A stretch of DNA of 64,000 nt from Podarcis erhardii (Eukaryota). The DNA lies in assembly GCA_964252035.1 (NCBI GenBank), contig CAXUOO010000025.1, one strand, 5' to 3'. Below the pieces are notes generated by a model, which worked only from the letters and a program-made list of their open reading frames with translations, was not told the origin of the DNA and did no database searches. How positions within the stretch are numbered: position 1 is the first letter of the stretch; each line of letters starts with the position of its first letter. The position numbers and the translations under genes were made by a program. This document shows, piece by piece, positions 38,062 to 48,868 of the stretch.

Positions 38062-39888
38062 GCACAGATCCAACCACGCCACAATGTGACTTTCGCCTAT
38101 ACAACACGTATGTAAATATGAATATACACTTTCAAAATTCTACAAACACATTTTGGTTATTTTGTCGTATGCGATAGAGTAGTAGCACCTGTTGTGGTGG
38201 GATAATTTCACGGGGGTAACTTGCTAAAGAAGAGATGACGTTGATTTAGCCCCGAGAACACGTTTTCACAAACTAGCGCTATCAATGAACAAAAGAAATA
38301 ACAAACATTGGGAGATTCATTACGTGCAAATATCGAAACTTACAATGCATGTTTTACAGAAACCAGTATACTGCTGTGCAATTCGTAAAAGGTCAAGCCG
38401 ACTTACCGCTTCTCAAGGCGGAAAGACTGACGAAAGCAATGCTACGATTCCGGCGGGGCGACTTGTAAAATTTTACGCACAAGCTTTTTACCGTAACCGC
38501 GTCCCCTACAGCTCTCCAGCACCGCCAATTTCCCTATTTGCACTGCATGCAGTTGTACGTCAATTCGATAAACGATAAACCCTAAGCATCGAACGTCGCC
38601 TGAGGGTTCTTCAAACTGCTCGCCTTCTACTTGGTGACCAGCTACAGCCACATTGCCGTGTTCTTTCCCTCCCACTTCCCCTTCAGCTGCGTTCGTTTCC
38701 GCCTCACAATCAATGCTCTGTAGCTGCTTCGATTCCCTCTCTTCTCCGTTTCTAAATCGCAAGCAAACACTCGGATCTTCGAAGTTGCTTTCGCATGTTG
38801 TTCGCAAGACTTGCTGCTGCTGCTGTTGTTTCTTCCTTGTGCTGTTCTTCTGTCGAGGTGGTGTCTACAACCGTTGGCCGAGAACCGGGCGCGCAGTCAG
38901 TCATAACCTGCAATAACCACTTCTTTTTTGAAAGACTTTCTAAACACTTTTGGTCAAATACACGCATAGAAAGCGCGTCGCTTGCTGCTAGAAGATCACG
39001 CATGCCGGCCTCTCCCAATCGCGCGTGTACATCTTCAATTATCACTGCTCTGTCTGCAGAAGGGAACGGTAGCTGCCTCTTTCTGGTGCAGAGATTCAAA
39101 TCAGGCTCCTTGGCCTTCTCTCTCGCTGAAAACGTGCTGTTTTTTGGTTGATCTTGCAATAAGCGTGTGCCTCAACTCTTTCCACTCTTGAAGCTGCTGA
39201 CGATATTTTGCACAATCTACCTTCCAGACTGCTCGAATACGCACCAGCAGCAGTCTTTTTACGTTCCACCGTTAATGATTCTGTTGACGAGGCCTTCAGT
39301 GCACAGGGTCGAGAAAAAGGCTGCGCTGTCTCGCTAAACGCAATTCTCCTACTGCTAAGCTCGCCAGCAGCTGCCAGTGCCAGTTTTTGCCGTTGTTGCT
39401 GCTGCTGGACGACGTCGGGCGAATGGGCTGCCCGTTCAGCTATAGGCTTGATAATGTCATTACTGTTAGCAGATGCACCTCACCCTGAGTAGTTGAACGT
39501 GTAGCTGCTCTAAATTCAACAGCGGGTTCTTGAAGAAGTTGTGCAGACACTGCCGTTGCTGCTGCTGGCACTGTTGTTGTTGCACCTGCTACTTCAGCAG
39601 AGAAGGATGACCGCAACGACAGCTGATGAAGGCTCCGTTCCAACGAGAAAGAGCGAGAGAAGGCAACCGATATGAAAGTAGCAGCAGCGGAGGCCAGAAG
39701 GTTTTTTTCGACGCTGGTGTCTTCCGTTTCATGGCCGTCAAGTCTATTGTGTGTTGTACCTTCTCCTAAAACGGCTGCTGTCCAAAGTTTGTACTCTCGC
39801 GGAAACGACGTTGAGAGAGGCCCTCTGCAGCCGAGGAAGACTGCGCTTGCGGTCTGACAAGCATTTTGATTAGCTATATCCCAGTTCA
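37078..39888 (-). CDS. GNAT-family N-acetyltransferase (C-terminal domain) with a low-complexity N-terminus; one apparent +1 frame break; first exon unresolved (probably further right, to about 40.3 kb)
   Basis: Proposed exons 39888-39484, 39439-39221, 39152-38908, 38864 (or 38849)-38407, 37265-37078. The domain reads RCLGFIVYRIDVQLHAVQIGKLAVLESCRGRGYGKKLVRKILQVA[RRNRSIAFVSLSALRS]AVTFYTRLGF..., with acetyl-CoA motif A (RGRGYG) and FYxRLGF. The bracketed part needs removal of one base from the G4 run at 38455-38458. Confidence 0.75.
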
Positions 39889-42800
39889 CTACAAAATTTT
39901 ATGATGTGCTGCACTGCAAATGCTGCACGCAATAGAGTTAGTATCTTATGCTTGCCGTGACAGTGCTCAAAGTGCAGTAATACGTTGCGGCTAGTTTAAT
40001 GTGGCCCCGCCTGCTTCCTCTCCCCAGGGATATCGGCACAAAATAGCACGCTTCCTTCGTTTTCGGCAGCGGCTGCTCAACACCGTCAAACGACGCAGAG
40101 CAGCAGCGGCAGCAGCAGCTGTGCTGCTGCTGCCGCTGCTACACCTGCACGGAATTCTCACAAGCTCCGTAGTGTAAGAATATGGAAGCTGCTGCTGCTG
40201 CTGCCACTTTAGTGACAGCAGCAGGAGCGGTAGCGGCCCACCTGCTGCAGGACTTGTCACCCTTTTTTAAAAAAAACCGGTTTGCATGCGCGATCACGTT
40301 GTCGCTATTGCTCTCGTTCGAAAACAAAACAAACCCAATAGCTTAACTCCGACGGTTCTTGCTGGTAACTACCAACGGTAAACAGTTGGCGGTACGTAAT
40401 GCAGAGAATATAATGTTGTGTAACACTAAAGTAAAACGTCCCCAGCACCGCGACACTTTGCTGTTTGGCACGGACGAACTCAATCGTTGACTATATACTA
40501 TTGATGCGAAGCGATCGGCGCCTATCCGAAATGTAGGGACATGCGATATACAATTGTACGGAGCGACTGGTGCTACTTTGGAGTGCGGGGCTCTCCATCG
40601 ACAACTAAAGGTTTGTATACTGTGATACAGTTTCCAAAACGAAGTATGGCTACGTGAACCACCAGCAGCTGACAGATTTCCGTAGAACTGCACAAAAACG
40701 TGTCACATGCACCTAGAAAAAAAGTGAAATAATTCCGAATGATGGTCGTCACGGTCAAAAAGGATACCAATGCACAGATGCAGAGAACGTGGAGTTACAT
40801 GCTCGTGCAAGACCGACCCTGCTTTCACTGCTATTGCGCCGGTTATAACGCCAAATCGAAAAACGTAAACTACCCACAATTTGTGAATATATTCATGCAG
40901 CATGATAAAAAGTCTCTTGAAGACCCCTATGTATAGACAGTTAAAAAAATGCGGCCGGCAAAGTCTTCTTGCCCGTAGAACAGTTTCAACATCTTTGCAA
41001 ATGTTGCAGTGGCATACATCAAAGGGACGAAATACAAAAAGACACGAACATGTCTAAGCTTTGAATAGCATGCAGACAACTACCAATCGAGCGAGCAGTT
41101 TTGGCTTACCTAGCGCCCCACCGGTGCAACTTTTACGTTAATAGTATGGCTGCACCACTTCATCCGACTATCATTGATGTTCTGTAACCTGTTTGTCGGA
41201 GGAATTCATGTCACTTATAGTTCGCAAAAACTAGGACACGCCAGTAATATGCATTCAATAATCCGATTATCGTGGCATAGTTTTCGTATCATCATCTGTT
41301 ACGCAAAAGCGTGACAGCTCGAACCGGCAGAACGAACTAACAGTCAAAAAAACGGAATGGCAGTTTTTGACCTTGGAAAAAAATACGCGGGAATTGTGCC
41401 TTCTGCTCATTTACAATTTTTCGCACTGCCTCATTGGAATCAGTTCACTTAAATTTTGCGGTCGATTGTCGTGCACAGTCGACAAGAGCAAAAGGCAGGT
41501 TGAAAACTGATGGACATAGTATACCTGCGCGCGCGATTATATTTCCATCATGTACAGAGTTTTGTTAAATCCGTGTACAGAGATAATTATTTGGCGGTTT
41601 CGGTAGTTTGAAACGATATTTGACGAGAAAGTGCAAGTAGACGTTCACGAGGTCGCAGTCATTTCGGTGTCGAGTGGCCCGCCTGTCCAGCTGCTTTAGT
41701 TTTAATACACAAAGCTTGCTCACTTGTCAGAAATCAGCAAAGAGTTTAAAGTGCATAACTGCAGTTGTTTCAAGATAATATATGGAGTGTCAATGGTGTA
41801 AAATGATTTCGTGATTGACCTCAGTCGTCACTGCCTACTGCTATACGGCTTTCGCAATGAGGAGACATATGTGAAGAATTACGTTTGTGACGAGAAATAT
41901 AAGCATTTGTTGAGAAAATTTTTACGCAACTGATTTCGGCTCCACAGGCGTAGTGAAATGCAGAAAAGCTTTTTATTGACTAGCAATCAATATAAAAAGA
42001 CCAACGGATGGAAGCGGACAAGCCGATAACACAAGGATCAATGTGACTATTTTACAAGAAGCCGTGCACATGGAGGTTGACACTGAAAAAAAATAATAGC
42101 TGAAAAGGTGGAAAATCACTCAAACTTAAACGTGCAGCGGTAGTGTGTCTCCATATCAGTTATTTGATAGGAGAGCAGACTGGCAACACTGTCACGACGC
42201 ACAAATTAACACTTTGCGGTGCTCACCGTATGAACGAAGTACATTGCATAACAGTAAGATGAAAACCGCAGCACACAAAACTGGAAATTCAGAGGATTCT
42301 GGAGCTTGCGAAGAGCTTCGGAATGTAATGGTTTGTCAATGAATTTGGGGCAAGCGTACGCAAGTCACAATCGTACAGACTACTCTCAATATACTTTGTC
42401 TAGACATGCTAAACAAATTCAAAGTTTCTATCTCAACTTTTACATTCGATTAGCGGCTGCACGTAGTAAATCGCATAGTGCAGCATTCAATGAGTCCCAA
42501 GCCGTCTGGTTCCTTCCTCTCAGTCTCCTATATTTTTCCACCTTCTTAATGATCGAGCCGCGAAGTGCTCTTAGTATAAAAAAAATGCATGTGGGGGCCT
42601 GAAGGCCCAAACACGATACAAATTTCTAAGACTCTACGAATTATTTATGCGCGAATGTTCGTGATGCTGAAGCGCTTGGTCGAGTCATAGTCAATACGCA
42701 ATACAAGGTTACCATGTCTCAAGCTTTACTTATAATATACAAGTTTTAGTTGATAAATATGTTATTCAGCGACTTCGGATGAGATGTCATTTCTCTTCTT

Positions 42801-44223
42801 TGTCTCAGATGTATATTTTCTCCCAATATTTCAGGAACACTTTATTGAGTGTGCGTGCGTGTGTAATTATTCTGTTTTGTTAATTGGAAGACTACATAGT
42901 AAAACAAATCGATCCTTCCACTTTTTGACAAACCTACAAGGAAGATGATGGACCTAAAAATTCACCTTACAGCACACGGCACAATTTAAACAAAGGGAGC
43001 ACCGACGACATGGTATAGTTTATCTGAAATCACAATTGTCGTCGTGCTAGTTATGGTCAGCTTCTTGTGCCCCCCGCACAATGGATGTGACGCGTCAAGC
43101 AGCTCTCATATCTATCGAACAAAACCACAACACTTGTATTCACTCACTCTACTCGTCAATCTTACACATCGTTAAAATATATTGGCTTAAACGAGAATTT
43201 TTCTATCTACCAATCAAAATCGCTATAATGTACTGATTGGACAGCTATGGCTGACTGTTATGATAGACGCAATTTCTACGCTGCGTCCAATTCGCTCATC
43301 ATTCTGTCCGTGTAACGGAGTGTTGTTTTTTTGATTTAGTGGCAAACTCCGTGATGCTTCTGCAACTTGTTAGTCAGCAGAACTCTCCTACATTACCACT
43401 TATTTGTGTGGCCTCTCAAGTTGCGCCGATCATCGACGACGCTGTATTACCACGTCGTTGATTAATGATGAGCCGTAAAAACATGCGTCGCTGAAATCAA
43501 CGCCCAGTATATCTCATTCAGCTCAATGTAGTCATCTTCTCCTTGCTTTCCAAAAACCATGTGGAGCAGCGTTGAGAAACTTTATCGAACAGAACACAGC
43601 ATTTCGCGGTCACTGTAGAGACAGCGTTGCTAATGCTGTAATTTGTGTGACCAAACTCATTTGCACAATATCGATACTGATCCGGGAAAATGGTCTGTTT
43701 CTCCCGTGAGTTCTCGAGCGCGGCCCGACTACGTCCTTTACTATGGCAAATCCTTCTTGTCCTTCGAGGAAGGTTCACAATCGGTACAGAGCCGCCCACT
43801 TTGGTCGCATGAGTAGGGAGTGATCGTAACGTAATTCGTGGCTCTATGTTTTATCGCGTCAAGTTTTTTGTAATGATCCTGTGCGCGTACGTCGTACACG
43901 TGGAAGAAAGCAAAGTTCGCAGTGAGCTAAACCAGGTACTGGCTGAGATAGCTGGAGCTGATTTCGTTTCTAAACAGGTTGACAAATTTTTTTGCCGAGT
44001 TCAAATAGGAAGTGGGGTTTAGGGGGGCAAACGGGAGAGTTATCAGTGCACAGTGTCAAATTTTGAACGATATGTATCCAGTTTCTTTGTAACATTTGTG
44101 GCTGCGGTTCAAGTTGCAGTTAGCTTTCATCCCTGTAAGTCAAAATGTTCTGGAGAGTTGTTTGGGTCGTCGCGTGCTTTTACTAGAGTTCGACGAGGTG
44201 TAGTTTTTTTCTGTTTTATCAAG

Positions 44224-46429
44224 ATGACTTTCGCACGTCAACCCTCGGGGCCACGCCGCATGTTTAGAGAGGGGTCAGCGCAACCTTTCCATGAGTATGA
44301 AATGCAGCAGAGTGATGCGCCGGCAACAAACCGCTTTTTTAACCTTACTTGTGGCTGTTGCAGAATCATACGTAAGTATGCTTTCTTCAATGGAAGGCTC
44401 AATACGTGTATGCGGGGATGCAGCTTCAGATTTCGAAGACGAACATCTTCGGCAAAGTTTCTTTCATTCGTTTTCGTTTGTTTCCTAGGCTTGATTTTTT
44501 GATGATCTGTCAATGTTTCATTCCTCAGCAGATGCTCCTGAAGCTCATATGTCGGAGGTAAAATCTCGTCATAAATATATTCAGCCACGCGTGTATGGCA
44601 AAGTGTCCACCCACGTAGCTACTTCAGATTCTCAGGTCCTCGAAGCCGCAGGAAGTTGCTTATAATAAACGCTCTTCAAAGACGGTCTCTAATCAGTTCG
44701 AGCGGCAATCCATTCTCAATCACATTCGTGGTCGCGAACGACACAGCCATGATGTCCATCAAGGTGAAAGTCAACCGTTCATCGCAGGTGTACAAAACGC
44801 ACAAAAACCTGCTGTTGTAAATCAAGGTCTAACAGTAGCGAAGCATAACAGGCGATTCTCTATTCACCCACATGAGCCCTCACTATCACGAACGCACTCT
44901 GTCTCGACTTCCCCTTCGGGGGCGCTGACTCTGTACAAACAAGTACTTTATCATTCCTTGTGGATCATTCAGTGTCAACTGTACCAACTGTAGTAAACAC
45001 ATTCGTAAAGACAGACCTCCCCGCATCCGAAAGTCTCAATACAGGTAGCGGCAAATTTGTTATTGCGAGCCCGGCTGAGTCAAGACAAGAAGGTGCTCAA
45101 ACTAATGCATATCTTACATCTATGGAGATGAGAAATATGCTGCCTCGTTCTTCCTCTATCCGACCTCGCTCCAGTCTTCCAACTGGCCATCGCACTGTAT
45201 CCTCAACTGTACAGAGTTCAATTCCCTCCTTGTGACACCTGATTCTACTATATCTATTCAGAATCATGCAAGGTCTCTGTTCCCCGCAGGTTCTGTGTCA
45301 CATTCTTCCGATTCTCGCAGTCAGACTCTTTCAATCTCAAGCGAGGGACAGTCGCAGTTGTCTACTGTACCTTCAAGTGATAGAACTGCCACGCTCTTAC
45401 ACGAGCAGGATGAACCACAGCAGGCTGTACAACACTCGCTTGTTCAGCAGCAACTTGAGCAGCAGCAATTTGAGTCGCCGCAGTCTGGACAGTTGCAATC
45501 TGAACCGTCACAGTCTGTATTGCAGCAACTTCGACAGCAGCAGCCTGTAGAGCAGCCGGCATCTCCGCAGCCACCTTTAGAGCAGCCGCAGGTACAACAG
45601 CAGTTTTTGAGCCACAACCGTTGCAGCAGCAGTTAGCGCAGCAGCACGCGCCGCAGGAACAGTTGGTAGGAAGTGTGATAGCGCAGCAGCAGCCTTCAGT
45701 GCAGCAACCTGATGATGTGAAAAGCTCCGCACTGGCTGCTGAAGCTGTGACAAAACATATCACTCATGCCGGAACAAGCTCCCATTCCATCTGCAGTATA
45801 CGAACCTGCACATCTGCAGCCTGTAGTTTTTTCAAAGCCTTCATCTGATGGGCTATCTTACGTGCTTCCCCCAACTCCTCTGCCAAATACACTGCCGTTC
45901 AGCGAAAGGATCCAAGATGACGGCACAGCAACTTCAGTCCCTTTGGCAAATGAAGACGTTCCATTTCCATCAATATTCGTGGCAGACAAGGCGTCCACGC
46001 TTCCTTTTTCATGAGCAAGAGATCAGCACGCAATTGGCTCCATCTCAACCTGCATCAACGGCTGCGGTAATAGCTCAACCAGTTACCCCTATTCCGCTCG
46101 AAAATTGGAGTACTGTCCCCAAAGAGCACAGTGGAATAGAACAGCAGTACAGGCGTCCACGGGCTAGAAGACAAAAGGTAGAAAGCAGCGCTCTTTTGCC
46201 ACCTACAGCTGCATATAATACAGGGCAGCTGCCTCCTAATGTCCAGCCGGCTGGAGCGTCTACAGCATCTAGCGCAGTGGTATACCGTCTCTCCGCCTCT
46301 GTAAGTCGCTGTAAGATCTCACTTGGCTGTCGCTTATCATTCTCCTGCCAGACTTATGCGAGGCTTGCTATGATCTATTCTACACGGCAGTGGTCAATTG
46401 ATACTTCAAATACACTTCAACACGTTTGA
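44224..46429 (+). CDS. Unknown S/Q/P-rich protein whose long exon is split into about 7 overlapping frames (assembly indels or pseudogene)
   Basis: Exon 44224-44371 (donor GTAAGT), long exon 44489-46300 (donor GTAAGT), 51-nt in-frame intron, last exon 46352-46429. The track ORFs at 44960, 45232, 45621, 45766 and 45848 abut and share composition. Single-base changes at short runs join them into one frame of about 600 codons. Confidence 0.55.
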
Positions 46430-47574
46430 TGATTGGGAGTGTCGTGCCAGGTCCTATTTCGTTTCATTTGTCGAACACTTGTGTCAAGAGAGGTAAATAT
46501 GAAGAGAGAAAGAGCTGTCAATTGCAGTATCCGGTGGATAGTTCAGGTTAGTCAACATTTGTTTGTGCCCATGTAAAGGCATAAGTGAGGCAGGTTAACT
46601 ATCAGATTTATATACGTTTAATAGCTGGTCAAGAGGTTCGTGATGCTGTGTCCGACTGTACACGCTAAAAATAAAAATACGGGGAGAGCGTGATTACGTC
46701 AAGGTAACAGGTGTTTCGGCCAAGCCCGCACGTCTCGAACGTGGTTTGTACATTATGTTTAAACGATGTAGACGCGTTAGGTGTTATCTCGCACTATTTT
46801 TGAAATGGGAGACGATCGCTTGACTTCGCTTTTCGTTCCAAGCTCATTCATCCTAATATTTAGGACATGTGCATAAACACTGCATTGAGTGTGTTTACGC
46901 GCGTGCCAGGCATTTGCTATTGTGTTGATTGCAGCAAACAACAGAGTCGTGCTTGGATACTTGCGACTGTTTTGGATTGATTTTCGGCGGCGTATTTGCT
47001 TTCGTTGCTTCTATTGTAGCGATCGTGGTTGCGACATTGATGATGTCTAGGCTTTTTTCAAAGGTACGAAGTCATTTATTTAGTTATCTTATGATATAAT
47101 TATTACCCATTCCACAAAGTAAGCAAAATATACCATAATTGGTAGAGGTTATATAAACTGTGTATGTTGAATGTGCAGATTCCAATGTGTGAAGTAGAAT
47201 CGAGACTACTAACATTCGAAATCCTCGTCCTTTTCACGTTCAATTTAGCAGAAGTTTAAGAAGGGCTTTCTCTCAGTGTGTACGCGGAACTTTGTGATGT
47301 TCTATAATTTATGATGCGGTGAACTTCATTATGCTCTCTATCTGGCAGTACATTCACAGATTGTCTGAGAATGAGACAGAGACGCTGACAGATAATCTGG
47401 ACACGTACAGTAATTGTGTTTTGTGTCTGTATCTTGTAAACTATACTAGCAGTGCAAAGACTTAAAGACGGTGATTACACAAACAACTGCCTCTTCGAAT
47501 ACAATAGGCAAGTACACTAGCTACATATTCCTCAGTCCTCATACGCCTCTGGGTATACACGCAAATATGTACAG

Positions 47575-48868
47575 CCTTGCATGGTTTGTACCAATACTTA
47601 GTGGTAACGGTGTTCATCCTGGACGGTCGTACAAAACGGATAAATTTGTATGGCATTATTGTTTTGATGATCTGCACAGGATTTTTCTCGTTGGCATTTT
47701 TCAACGGTGGAGCATATGCAATTTTAATGGCTGCAGTAATGGGTGAGTATATGGCATCACTCGTTCGCAACAACAGGAAGTGCGGATCTAATGTCAGATA
47801 AGACACATTAGGTGTCTGTGTTATTTCCTCCTTCGTGCAAATAATCACGCTGAGGGTCGCTCAACGGGTAACTGCAATTGATATTCTAACAGTGAAACTG
47901 TTACTCTGTGTATGCAATACACAAAATCAAATTTTTGCATTCTACAGATTGTTTGCCCAAATTTGTTGCGCCAACAAAGAACTTATGATTCCTTATGTTG
48001 GAGGCATCCTCCATTACGGCATGAACGGGAAATATATTGTGTCTTATCTGGCGCGCTCGCGTGACTTTGTAGTTGGCAAGTGAAAGCAGCCGGAAGTGAA
48101 ATTTTTTGTTAGCGTGACACTATTCAATTGTGTCATGGGGAGAGGCCGAATGCGTAAGCTGCTTGCTACTGTCGCGAATTCATCACTCGTGCAACTTCAA
48201 GCAAGTTTTTTCGTTATGTGATTAGGGTATGGTCGTTGGCGGATTGTGCGGAGGAATGATACGACGATGCTGGCCTGGTTCTCTTTTCTTTGGTGGAGGC
48301 CTGATGGCTTTCTTTACTTCACTGGTTTTGCTGGGCAAGCGCGGCGCATGGATAGGAGCTTATGGGGGTGTACTGACTGGCGGCTCCATTGGCGGGTTAA
48401 CAAGTAGTACTGCTTTACCCATATCATGTGAGCTAGTCAAAAATAAGTAACATACGAGCTATATACATGCAAAGCCATTTACAATGAGGTTTCGGCTCCA
48501 GCTGACTCCTACTTTCTGGTAATTGAAGCTATTTACATGACAAAAACTAACTGTTACGGAGGATGGAGTGAAAAATTGAGTCGACATCACAAATCACTGA
48601 TATGCTTGGGTCAAGAGTAACACAAGTATATACCTGCAGCGCTCTATGGTGTATTTTATAGTTTTTATGTTTGTTCCACAAAGAGAGAGTACGGTATATC
48701 GATGGAGATATTCCGCACAACACGCTTTATAGAAACTTTCTTTTGGAGACGTGTGTTTTGTGTTTTTAGTGGGCTGCATCGTCGGATTGCTGCTCGGCAT
48801 CGTTTTAGGCTTCGCTCCGTTTGTAGGCAACTCAAAATGAACACACGATATATCCGCTATGGAGTTGA
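47575..48868 (+). CDS. Gly-rich multi-pass membrane protein, partial model; possibly continues to about 49567
   Basis: Hydrophobic exon-like segments with GT/AG ends: 47575-47736/47742 (LYGIIVLMICTGFFSLAFF), 48226-48427 (GMVVGGLCGG...GGSIGGLTSSTALP), 48640-48693 (SLYGVFYSF), 48770 onward (VGCIVGLLLGIVLGFAPF). One junction depends on which donor is used, and both termini are unresolved. Confidence 0.5.

Noticed and set aside
38575-38585. Telomere-like AAACCCT heptamer
   Set aside because: It is a single copy within a CDS, not an array.
33124-44050. LTR/chromovirus retrotransposon remnant in the repeat-poor block
   Set aside because: No RT (YxDD), integrase, gag or LTR pair was recognisable in any frame.
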